Below are positions 21,861-30,474 of a stretch of 64,000 nucleotides of DNA, one piece after another (the stretch's first letter is position 1; every line of letters begins with the position of its first letter). A program made the position numbers and the translations under genes. The stretch comes from Spirochaetia bacterium (GTDB taxonomy: Bacteria > Spirochaetota > Spirochaetia > SZUA-6 > Bin103): contig CBDATQ010000001.1 of assembly GCA_965199955.1 (NCBI GenBank), positions 224,001-288,000 on the forward strand, given 5' to 3'. The notes below the pieces were generated by a model that was not told where the DNA came from, did not search any database, and saw only the letters and a program-made list of their open reading frames with translations.

Positions 21861-22619
21861 GTGCGGGACGCTGAGCCCTGGTACCGCGTCTGGTTCGATT
21901 CCCCGTACTACGGGATCCTCTATGGCGACCGAGACCAGGAGGAGGCCGACGCGTTCATCCGCCGGCTGGCGCGAACCCTGCGGGTACGGCCGCCGGCCGC
22001 GGCGCTGGACGTCGCCTGCGGGACCGGCCGGCATGCGGTGGTGCTGGCCGACCTGGGGTACGGCGTGCTGGGGATCGACCTGTCGGCGCCCAGCATCGCC
22101 GTGGCCAGGCGGCGGACGAGGGCGAATCCGAGGTTCGAGGTCCTCGACATGCGCGCGATCGAGTGGCGGGAACGGTTCGATCTGGCCGTGAACCTGTTCA
22201 CGAGCTTCGGCTACTTCGGGGACGAGGACGACGAACGGCAGGTGGTGGCCGGCATCGAGCGGGCGTTGCGGCCCGGCGGCGAGCTGGTGATCGACTTTCT
22301 CAACGCCGCCCGGACGGTCGCGGAGCTGGTGCCCGCCGAGCGGACCGAGCGCGGCGGGATCGCATTCGACATCACCCGCGAGATCCGGGAGGGCACAATC
22401 GTCAAGACGATCACGGTCGACGACCCGCGGCGGGATGGGAACGAGCCGCCGCCGAGGTTTCAGGAACGGGTGCGGGCGCTGGACGCCTGTACCCTGCAGG
22501 GTTACCTGCAGGACGCGGGCCTCCGCATCGAGCGCCGCTACGGCGACTATGCCCTGAACCCGTATCGGCCGCAGACTTCGGACCGGCTGATCCTGGTGGC
22601 GCGCAAGCCCGAGCGCTGA
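21861..22619 (+). CDS. Class I SAM-dependent methyltransferase, possible bacillithiol N-methyltransferase (NmbA-like)
   Basis: WFDSPYY.ILY..RD..EA, LDVACGTGRH, NLFTSFGYF; first gene of the bshC-bshA run. Confidence 0.8.
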   Translation: MRDAEPWYRVWFDSPYYGILYGDRDQEEADAFIRRLARTLRVRPPAAALDVACGTGRHAVVLADLGYGVLGIDLSAPSIAVARRRTRANPRFEVLDMRAIEWRERFDLAVNLFTSFGYFGDEDDERQVVAGIERALRPGGELVIDFLNAARTVAELVPAERTERGGIAFDITREIREGTIVKTITVDDPRRDGNEPPPRFQERVRALDACTLQGYLQDAGLRIERRYGDYALNPYRPQTSDRLILVARKPER

Positions 22620-22623
22620 CCAG

Positions 22624-24255
22624 ATGCCTTCGAGCCCGGCCGCCCGCATCGCCACCCTTCCGCAGGCTCTGCTCCATCAGGGCGATGCGTTGCTGCGCGA
22701 CCTGGCCGCCGGATCGGAGCGGGCAGCACGGTTCTTCTCCGTCCCTCCGCGGGACCCCGCGGCGGCCGCGGCCGCCGCGTCCGGGGCGCGTCCCGGCGGG
22801 TCTGCCCTGCCCGCCGCGGTGGCGGAGGACCTGGTCACCCACCAGCGCCGCTGCGACGGGGACGAGCTGTCGGTCGCGAACGCGGAGGCGCTGGCCGCGG
22901 GACGGGCGGCCTGCATCATCACCGGCCAGCAGGCGGGACTGCTCGGCGGCCCGGTATACACCGCCTACAAGATCGCCTCCGCGGTGTGGCTGGCCCGGCA
23001 GGTGGCCGAGCGAACCGGACGGCCGTGTGTCCCGGTGTTCTGGCTCGCGTCGGAGGATCACGACATCGGCGAGGCCAACCACACCTTCGGCACCAGGGCC
23101 GACGGCGAGATCGGCCGCGTCTCCTTTCGCGCCTCCGGCGGCCGCGAGGTGCGGCGGCTGCCGGTCGATGACGAGATGGCCGGGAGCGTGGCCCGGTACT
23201 TCGATCACCTGCTTCCCGCCGGCGACCGGCCGCGTGCCCGCCGTGCCTTCGCCCTGGACGGCCAGCGCACCTTCACCGCCTGGGTGGCGCGGATCTGGAT
23301 GCGGCTGTTCGCGGGCACCGGTCTGGTGGTGGTGGAGCCGGCGCTCCTGCGCCCGGCGTGCGGGGAGCTGTTCGAGCGCGCGCTTGCCGAGCGTGCAGCC
23401 GTCGCGGAGGCGCTGGCCGCGGTTGCGCGCGACCTGCGCGAAGCCGGCTACCGGGTGCCGCTCGACCCGGCTACCGCGGGCACGCCGTTCCACGTCGGCG
23501 CCGACGGCACGCGCGTGCGCGTCGCCGACGCCGGGCCCCTGTTGCGCCGGGGAGCCGTGGACGCCGCCGTCCTGTCCACCGACGCGGCGCTGCGCCCGGT
23601 CTTCGCCGACGCGGTGCTGCCCAGCCTCGCGCACGTGGTCGGCGCGGGGGAAATGGCCTACCACGCCATGCTCAAGCCGCTCTACGCGCTATTCGGGGTG
23701 GCGCAGCCGGCGGTGCTGCCGCGCCGCAGCCTGACCTTCCTGACCGAGGACGAGGCGGTGGCGCTCGAGCGCTACGGCATCACCGCGGAGGAGGCGCTGA
23801 CCGGCCGGGTGCATCCGGGCGCGGCGACCCACCGGCTGCTCGGCGACGGCGACAGGGCCGAGTTCGAGCGGGTCGCGGCACAAATCCGCACGGCGTTCCG
23901 GCCGCTCGCCGAGAGCGTCAGCGCAGTCGATCCGTCGCTGGCGCATACCTGGCAACGCTCGCGCGACCATGCCCTGCGCGGCCTTGACCGGCTGCGCGCG
24001 CGCACGGGCCGCGCCGTGCTGGCGCGCCGCGGCTACTCGCCTGCGGCCCTGCACCGCGTGCTCAACCAGATCCGGCCGCGCGGCCGGCTGCAGGAGCGCG
24101 TGTTTCCGGTTCCCCACTTCCTGGCTCGCTTCGGCGCGGCGTTTCTGGATGCCTGCTTGATCGGCGAGCCGGAGGAGGCGTTTACTCATGAGGTGCTGGC
24201 TCTGCCCGCCGCGGCCGAACCGCTGCGATCAGACCCATCGTTGAGAACGCCATGA
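22624..24255 (+). CDS. bshC: Bacillithiol biosynthesis cysteine-adding enzyme BshC
   Basis: ITGQQAGLLGGPVYTAYK, PVFWLASEDHD..E, LRP......LP, G.GE.AY, RP.G.LQER. Confidence 0.9.
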   Translation: MPSSPAARIATLPQALLHQGDALLRDLAAGSERAARFFSVPPRDPAAAAAAASGARPGGSALPAAVAEDLVTHQRRCDGDELSVANAEALAAGRAACIITGQQAGLLGGPVYTAYKIASAVWLARQVAERTGRPCVPVFWLASEDHDIGEANHTFGTRADGEIGRVSFRASGGREVRRLPVDDEMAGSVARYFDHLLPAGDRPRARRAFALDGQRTFTAWVARIWMRLFAGTGLVVVEPALLRPACGELFERALAERAAVAEALAAVARDLREAGYRVPLDPATAGTPFHVGADGTRVRVADAGPLLRRGAVDAAVLSTDAALRPVFADAVLPSLAHVVGAGEMAYHAMLKPLYALFGVAQPAVLPRRSLTFLTEDEAVALERYGITAEEALTGRVHPGAATHRLLGDGDRAEFERVAAQIRTAFRPLAESVSAVDPSLAHTWQRSRDHALRGLDRLRARTGRAVLARRGYSPAALHRVLNQIRPRGRLQERVFPVPHFLARFGAAFLDACLIGEPEEAFTHEVLALPAAAEPLRSDPSLRTP

Positions 24256-25460
24256 GAATAGGCATCTCCTGCTACCCGACCCACGGCGGCAGCGGTGTGG
24301 TCGCCACCGAGCTCGGCCTGCGGCTGGCCGAGCGCGGCCACTCGGTGGCGTTCGTGAGCTACTCGGCGCCGTTGCGCCTGAGCGCGCTGCCGCCGCGGGT
24401 CTGTTTCCACGAAGTCGCGATCGAGGAGTATCCGCTCCTCAAGCAGTTCCCCTACACGCTGGCGCTGGCGTCCAAGCTCGCGGAGGTCGCGCGTTCGCAT
24501 CGCCTGCGGATCCTGCACGTCCACTACGCGATCCCGTTCGCGGCGGCGGCCATCCTGGCCAGGCAGATCGCGCCCGAGCTCGACCTGAAGGTGGTGACCA
24601 CCCTGCACGGCACCGACATCACCGTGGTGGGCAGCAACGACAGCTTCCGGCCGGTGACCGCCTTCTGCATCGAGCGCTCGGATGCGGTGACCGCCGTGTC
24701 GCATGCGCTGCGCGCGGAGACCGGCCAGGTGTTCGGGATCACCCGGCCGATCGAGGTGATCCCGAACTTCGTCGATCCCGACCACTACCGGAGCGCTCGC
24801 CCCGCCGTCTGGCCCGGGGACCGCTCCGCCGCCGGCGCCGAGCGCGTGCCGACCATCGTGCACATCTCCAACTTCCGGCCCGTGAAGCGGGCGGCCGACG
24901 TGATACGCGTGTTCGCGCGGGTGGCGGGCGAGGTGCCGGCGCGCCTCGTGCTGGTCGGCGACGGCCCCGACCTCGGGCCGGCCACCGACCTGGCGCGCGA
25001 GCTCCGGGTGCTCGACCGCATCCGGCTGATCGGGGTGGTCGACGACGTGGCGCCGTACCTGCGCGTCGCGGACCTGCTGCTGCTGCCGAGCCAGACCGAG
25101 GCGTTCGGGCTGGTGGCCCTGGAGGCGCTGGCCGCGGGCGTGCCGGTGATCGCGAGCCGGGTGGGCGGCCTGCCGGAGGTGGTGGAACACGGCGTCTCGG
25201 GCTATCTGCTTCCGGTGGGAGACGTGGAGGGGATGGCCCGGCAGGCGGTGACGCTGCTGCGCGAACGGCCGCTGGCGGAGCGGCTGGGACGCGCCGGCGC
25301 CGGGCGCGTCGCCGAGCAATTTCCTCCCGACCGGATCGTGCCGCGCTTCGAGGAGCTCTACCACCGCGTGCTGGGGCTGCCGGCCGGCGCGGAGACCGAG
25401 ATCGACGACGGCGACGCGCACGCCGAGTCGTTCGAACCGCCATACCGTGAACGGGCGTGA
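24252..25460 (+). CDS. bshA: N-acetyl-alpha-D-glucosaminyl L-malate synthase BshA
   Basis: IGISCYPTHGGSGVVATELG, HVHYAIP, TTLHGTDIT, HISNFRPVKR, EAFGLVALEA. Confidence 0.95.
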   Translation: MRIGISCYPTHGGSGVVATELGLRLAERGHSVAFVSYSAPLRLSALPPRVCFHEVAIEEYPLLKQFPYTLALASKLAEVARSHRLRILHVHYAIPFAAAAILARQIAPELDLKVVTTLHGTDITVVGSNDSFRPVTAFCIERSDAVTAVSHALRAETGQVFGITRPIEVIPNFVDPDHYRSARPAVWPGDRSAAGAERVPTIVHISNFRPVKRAADVIRVFARVAGEVPARLVLVGDGPDLGPATDLARELRVLDRIRLIGVVDDVAPYLRVADLLLLPSQTEAFGLVALEALAAGVPVIASRVGGLPEVVEHGVSGYLLPVGDVEGMARQAVTLLRERPLAERLGRAGAGRVAEQFPPDRIVPRFEELYHRVLGLPAGAETEIDDGDAHAESFEPPYRERA

Positions 25461-26376
25461 CGGGCGCCCGTTGAGGTTGGGGACGCGCCGCAGCGCCCTG
25501 GCCCGCGTGCAGGCGGAGATGGTCGCCGCCCGCCTGCCGGGACCGGTGACGATCGTGCCGATCGCGGTCGGCGCCGACACGGACCGGCGGCCGCTCGCGG
25601 CCCTCGCCGGCACGCGTGTGTTTACCGGCGCGATCGAGCGCAGCCTGCTGGCGGGCGACGTCGACCTGGCCGTGCACGCGCTCAAGGACCTGCCGGTGAC
25701 GCCGATCCCGGGACTGCGGGTCGCGGCGTTTCTGCGGCGCGGCCCGGTAGGCGATCTCCTGCTGCGGCGCGCCGCGGACGCCGGCGCGCCGCTGGGACTG
25801 GCGTCCGGCGCCCGCGTGGGCACCGGTTCGCCGCGCCGCGCGGCGTTGCTGGGACGGCACGCGCCGCAGGCCCGCGCCGAGCCGATGCGCGGCAACGTGC
25901 CGACCCGCATCGAGCGCTGCGTCGACGGCAGCGTCGACGCGGTGGTGCTGGCGCGGGCCGGTGTCGAGCGCCTCGGCGACGCGATCGGGGCCATGCTGGC
26001 GGAGCTGTCGAGCGTGCCGCTCGATCCGCCTGACTGGCTGCCCGCTCCCGGGCAGGCCGCGATCGCCGCGCAGGCGCGCGAGGGCGACGAGGACCTGCTT
26101 GCGGCGCTGGCCGGGATCGACGATGCGGAGACCGGCACGGCAGTCGGCCTGGAACGAGCGCTGTTGCAGGCGTCCGGTGGCGGCTGCCGCGCCTCGCTCG
26201 GCGCCTGGGCGCGGCCGGTCGCGGCGGGCGGGTGGCGCGCCGACGTGGGTCTGCAGGACGGCAGCGGCTGCTGGCGGGTGCGCCACGCCACGGGCGATCC
26301 GGAGTCGATCCGGCATGAGCTGGCCGACTGGATCGGCAGAGCGAGCGGAGCGAACCCGCCGGAGGGCGACGCTTGA
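25447..26376 (+). CDS. hemC: Hydroxymethylbilane synthase (porphobilinogen deaminase)
   Basis: GTRRSALARVQ, VHALKDLP, GTGSPRR, RGNVPTR, PAPGQA, GGGC cofactor cysteine. Confidence 0.88.
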   Translation: MNGRDGRPLRLGTRRSALARVQAEMVAARLPGPVTIVPIAVGADTDRRPLAALAGTRVFTGAIERSLLAGDVDLAVHALKDLPVTPIPGLRVAAFLRRGPVGDLLLRRAADAGAPLGLASGARVGTGSPRRAALLGRHAPQARAEPMRGNVPTRIERCVDGSVDAVVLARAGVERLGDAIGAMLAELSSVPLDPPDWLPAPGQAAIAAQAREGDEDLLAALAGIDDAETGTAVGLERALLQASGGGCRASLGAWARPVAAGGWRADVGLQDGSGCWRVRHATGDPESIRHELADWIGRASGANPPEGDA

Positions 26377-27464
26377 CCCTCGTCCACGCGTCCGACCTGC
26401 ACCTGTGCGAAGCCGACGCCGGCTACGGCCTGGAGGTGCTCGACGAGCTGATCGACCTGTGCCTGGAGGTGCAGGCGCAGGCTCTCCTGCTGGCCGGTGA
26501 TGTCTTCGACAGCTTCGACGCGGCGGAAGCGCTGCGCGAGCCGTTCCGGAGGCGGGTCGAGCGGCTGGCGGCCCGCTGCAGGGTGCTGTTTCTCCCCGGC
26601 AACCACGACGAGCAGCGCCAGGGCAGCCGCAGGCTGGCCGCGCTGGACCTGGGGCCGGTGACGCTTCTGGACCGACGGCCGTTCTCGCTCGTGCGCTTCC
26701 CGGAGGAAGGCGTCGAGGTGGTGGGAGTCCCCGAACGGCCCGACTACGACGACTTCCGGAGCTGGGGCGTGCCGGACAAGGCGGCGCCGGTGCGCATCGT
26801 CCTGGCCCACGGGATCGTTTCCGGCTTGGCATACACGGGACCGGCGGCGGCCGATGAGGATGGCGAGACCGCTGCGGGGCAGATCGAGCCGCGCCTGTTC
26901 CGGGAGCTTGCGGCCGACTACGCCGCGCTCGGCCACCTGCATGGCCGGCGCCAGGCGGTCGACGACGGCGTGACGTTCAGCTACCCCGGATCCGCGCGGG
27001 TGTGGCGCCGTGGCGAGTCCGGCGAGCACGGCGTCTGGCGGCTGGCGGCAGGCAGGAACGGGGTGACCGGCGAGTTCGTGCCTCTGCGCGCCGCGGGCCG
27101 ATACCGCGTCTTCGATGTCCCGGTCGAGCTGGCGGGCACCGTCGACGTGGCGCCGCTGCAGCCGGAGCGCTGGCACCGCAACGACTGGGTGGTGCTGCGC
27201 GCCACCGGCGTGGTCGAGGACGAGAACGAGCTGGCGGGCGTCCTGGACGATCTGCGCAGGCGGTACGCCGGCGCGGTGCGCAAGCTGGAGATCGACTCGG
27301 GGAGGTGCGAAGCGATGCCGGGGATCGCCTCGCACCCCCTGGCCGGCCGCTTCCTGGAGGTCTGGGAGGCGAGCGAGCCGCATGATCCGGCCGAGCGGCC
27401 GGCATGGCTGCGGGCGCGCCAGCTCGGTCTGCTGGCGATCAAGCATGAGCTGGGGGGCACATGA
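26373..27464 (+). CDS. SbcD/Mre11-like metallophosphoesterase nuclease
   Basis: HASDLHL, AGDVFD, PGNHD, AHG, ALGHLH, YPGS. Confidence 0.88.
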   Translation: MTLVHASDLHLCEADAGYGLEVLDELIDLCLEVQAQALLLAGDVFDSFDAAEALREPFRRRVERLAARCRVLFLPGNHDEQRQGSRRLAALDLGPVTLLDRRPFSLVRFPEEGVEVVGVPERPDYDDFRSWGVPDKAAPVRIVLAHGIVSGLAYTGPAAADEDGETAAGQIEPRLFRELAADYAALGHLHGRRQAVDDGVTFSYPGSARVWRRGESGEHGVWRLAAGRNGVTGEFVPLRAAGRYRVFDVPVELAGTVDVAPLQPERWHRNDWVVLRATGVVEDENELAGVLDDLRRRYAGAVRKLEIDSGRCEAMPGIASHPLAGRFLEVWEASEPHDPAERPAWLRARQLGLLAIKHELGGT

Positions 27465-29539
27465 TCACCCGCCTGCGACTGGAGCGGTTCGGGGCGTTCG
27501 AGGGCCGCGACCTGGAGTTCGCGGCGGTCACGCTGTTCGTGGGGCCGAACGAGAGCGGCAAGACCACGATCGTCGACGCGCTGTGCGAGGTGCTGTGCAA
27601 GCCGCGCTCCAACCGCATCGCCGGCAAACGCCTGGCACTCCGGTACGGCACGGACCGGCGGGTGTCGGCGGAGTTCGACGGCGAGCCGATGACCCTCCCG
27701 GAGGATGCGTTCGGCGACCTGTTCGCGATCAGGTCCGGCGACCTGACGCTCGACGTCAGGCCGGGGACCGGTTGGGTGGAGGCGCTCAAGGCGGATCTGT
27801 TCACCGCGGGGCTCGATCCGAAGCGGCTGCACGCCGCGCTGGCGCGGCGGGCGGGCACCGACGGCGGCAGCCGCCACAACCGCGAGATCCGGCAGCTCGG
27901 CGAGGAGCAGCGCCGGCTGGAGGAGCGGCGCGACCTGCTGCTGGAGCAGGCCGTCGCCGCACGCTCCGCGAACGCCGCCGTCGCCGAGCGGCAGGCCGAG
28001 CGCGGCGGGCTGGCCGATGAGCTTGACGGCCTGATGCGCACTCTCGACGAACGGCAGAGGCATGCCCGCCGGCGTCTGCAGCAGGCGGAGGAGCGCGAGG
28101 CGGAGCGGCTGCTGCAGGGCCTCGAAGAGCTCACCCGGGGAGCCGGGCAGCGTGCCGGGAGCGCCGGCGAGGCGCCGGCACGGCTGCAGGAGCTTGCCGC
28201 CGCGAGCGAAGCGGCAGCCCGGGAGGTCGAGCATGCGCGCGCCGAATTGGAACGAGCGCGCCAGCACCTGCAGGACGGTCAGGGCGGCGCTCCGGGCCGC
28301 GCGGCCGGCGAAGCAGGACGGGTGCGCGGTATCGCGACGGGGGTCGCTCTGGGCCTGCTGGCCGGCGGCGTCCTGGCCGCGGCCGCGCTGGTCGCGGGCG
28401 TGCCGGTGGTGGTCGCGGTGGCCGCCGGGGTCGCGGCGACGGCCGGTACCGCGGCGGTCGCCGTCCTGATCCGGCTGCGGTCCGCGGCGGTCGAAGCGGT
28501 CCGGGAAGAGACCGACCGCGCGGTGGACCGGTTGCGCGCGCGACGCGAGCGGCACGATCGGTCGAAGCGCGAGCTGCGCGACTTCCTGGAGCGGCACGGC
28601 GCGGAGTCCCCGGAGCAGCTCCTGATGCAGCTCGGCGGCGCGCGCGCCGATGAAGCGCGCCGGCGTGACGCGGAGGCGGAGCTCATGGCGGCGGCACGAG
28701 AGCGTGGGCTGAACGACCTTCATGCACTGGCCGACGCGCTGCGCGAACAGCTTCGCGACCGGCCGCACGGGGCGCCGGCCGCCGGGCCGGTGCCGTCGCC
28801 GGCGCCGGGGGACGAGGAAGCGCTCCGCGCGCGGGCGGCGGCGGTGCGCGAACGGCTGGACGAGCTGGACGAGCTGGTAGGTCGCGAGCGCGAGAAGGCG
28901 GCCTCCCTGAGCGCCGGCGCCGGCGAGATGGCGGAGGTCACGGCGCGGATCGCCGCGGCCGGCCGCCGCGCCGCGGCGCTGGAGCTGGACCGCCGGGCGG
29001 CCGGCATCGCCGCTTCCCTGTTCGCCCGCATCGCCGACGAGTCGACCGCGGCGCTCGACGAGCTCTCCGCGGACATCGGTGCGCGCTACGCGGCCGTTGC
29101 GGGAACGGCTGCCCCGCGCAACGCCCCGGAGCAGTCCTCCCCGGCGACTCCGGTCTCCCCGGTGACTCTGGCGGCGCTCGAGGAGGAGCCGCTGATCGTC
29201 GACGCCTCCGCGGTCGCGCGGCCGGCGGGCCAGCTCTCGCAGGGCACGCGCGATGCCTATGGCCTGGCGGCCCGCCTCGCCCTGGCCGAGCGGACGCAAA
29301 TCGCTCGTGATGGCGGCAACCCCGGGCTCCTGATCCTGGACGAGCCGTTTCAGTCCCTGGACGCCACCCGCACGGTGCGCGCCCTGCGGCTGATCGCCCG
29401 CTTCCAGGAGCACACCGGCTTTCAGCTCGTGGTCATGACCGCCGACGAACGGGTGGCGTTGGCGGTCGCGGGCCGGTTCGCGGGCGCGCGGGTGCACCGC
29501 CTTGCCGCCCGCGGGTCGGGCTACCCGGTCAGCCAGTAG
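27461..29539 (+). CDS. SbcC/Rad50-like (YhaN-type) coiled-coil ATPase with internal hydrophobic segment
   Basis: Walker A GPNESGKTT, coiled coils, signature LSQGT, Walker B LILDEPF. Confidence 0.85.
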   Translation: MITRLRLERFGAFEGRDLEFAAVTLFVGPNESGKTTIVDALCEVLCKPRSNRIAGKRLALRYGTDRRVSAEFDGEPMTLPEDAFGDLFAIRSGDLTLDVRPGTGWVEALKADLFTAGLDPKRLHAALARRAGTDGGSRHNREIRQLGEEQRRLEERRDLLLEQAVAARSANAAVAERQAERGGLADELDGLMRTLDERQRHARRRLQQAEEREAERLLQGLEELTRGAGQRAGSAGEAPARLQELAAASEAAAREVEHARAELERARQHLQDGQGGAPGRAAGEAGRVRGIATGVALGLLAGGVLAAAALVAGVPVVVAVAAGVAATAGTAAVAVLIRLRSAAVEAVREETDRAVDRLRARRERHDRSKRELRDFLERHGAESPEQLLMQLGGARADEARRRDAEAELMAAARERGLNDLHALADALREQLRDRPHGAPAAGPVPSPAPGDEEALRARAAAVRERLDELDELVGREREKAASLSAGAGEMAEVTARIAAAGRRAAALELDRRAAGIAASLFARIADESTAALDELSADIGARYAAVAGTAAPRNAPEQSSPATPVSPVTLAALEEEPLIVDASAVARPAGQLSQGTRDAYGLAARLALAERTQIARDGGNPGLLILDEPFQSLDATRTVRALRLIARFQEHTGFQLVVMTADERVALAVAGRFAGARVHRLAARGSGYPVSQ

Positions 29540-30474
29540 TCGGCGAGGTCCGCCGGAATCGCGGGGTCGCCGGCCTCGCGCGCGGCGTGCAGGAGCCGCA
29601 GGACCTCACCATAGTCACGGCGCGCGTACGCGTCCTCATGTTCCGTCGCGGGTGCATCGCGGCCGCCCCCGGCCGTTCCCGGGTCCGCCGCCCTGTCGGC
29701 AGCCAGCTCGTCCACGGAGCGCTCGTCCACGGAGCGCATTGCGGCCCGCGCGAAGCCTGCCCGTTCCGGATCTTCGTCGCCGGCCATCCGGCTGCAGAGG
29801 TGCCGGAGCAGATCGGCCTCGTCCCGGCGCAGACCGGGACGCTCGACCAGCCAGGCGATGCGCGCGCGGTCGTCCGGCGTCGCGTTCAGGGGCAGCACCG
29901 ACGTACAGCGGTGCACGAAGCGCTCGACCGGTTGCATCGCGTCGGCGCCGGCGGGCGCCCCGGCATCGCGCCACGCGGTTGCCGCCGGCTCCAGGCGGTG
30001 CGGTTCGCTGTCCAGATGGCCGGCCGCGATCGTCTCCCGGACGCCGGCCAGCGGGGCGGGCGCCCGCATCGTGACGTCACGGGAGGTGTAGCGCTGCAGC
30101 GCCACCCGCAGCTCGCCGCGCGCCGCCGGCCCGTTGACGGTCGCGGTGAGCACGCGTCCGGCATCCAGGGCGACGCGCAGCACCAGGTCGGGCCGGCCGG
30201 CTTCTGCCGCCCCCTCCTCGATGTGCCCGGCCTCCGTGTGCCCGGTCGCCACGTGCACGGTGCCCAGGTGCACGGTGCCCAGGTGCTGGTAGCCCGCGCC
30301 GCCGCCCGGCTCCTCCAGGAACAGCTCGACATCGGCGGCATCCTGCCCCGTACCGGCCGTGGTCAGCACGAGCTGCCGGACGCCGCGAAAGCTGTCCAGC
30401 ATCAGCGGGAAGAAACAGCCGTCGGCGGTGCGCACCCCGATTCTCGACAGCCCCGCCGCCGGCCGCACCGTCAT
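29521..30474 (-). CDS. Hypothetical protein with an Hsp70/DnaK substrate-binding-like N-terminal domain
   Basis: IGVRTADGCFFPLM...LVLTT...QDAADVELF...PDLVLRVALDAGRVLTATV resembles the DnaK SBD; ATGA overlap with the upstream gene. Confidence 0.6.
   Translation of the reverse strand: MTVRPAAGLSRIGVRTADGCFFPLMLDSFRGVRQLVLTTAGTGQDAADVELFLEEPGGGAGYQHLGTVHLGTVHVATGHTEAGHIEEGAAEAGRPDLVLRVALDAGRVLTATVNGPAARGELRVALQRYTSRDVTMRAPAPLAGVRETIAAGHLDSEPHRLEPAATAWRDAGAPAGADAMQPVERFVHRCTSVLPLNATPDDRARIAWLVERPGLRRDEADLLRHLCSRMAGDEDPERAGFARAAMRSVDERSVDELAADRAADPGTAGGGRDAPATEHEDAYARRDYGEVLRLLHAAREAGDPAIPADLADYWLTG

Noticed and set aside
24186..27446. 1086-aa minus-strand ORF and similar long antisense ORFs (10351-12552, 26981-29497, 61938-63788)
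   Set aside because: Stop-poor shadow frames of real genes in high-GC DNA; no recognisable motifs
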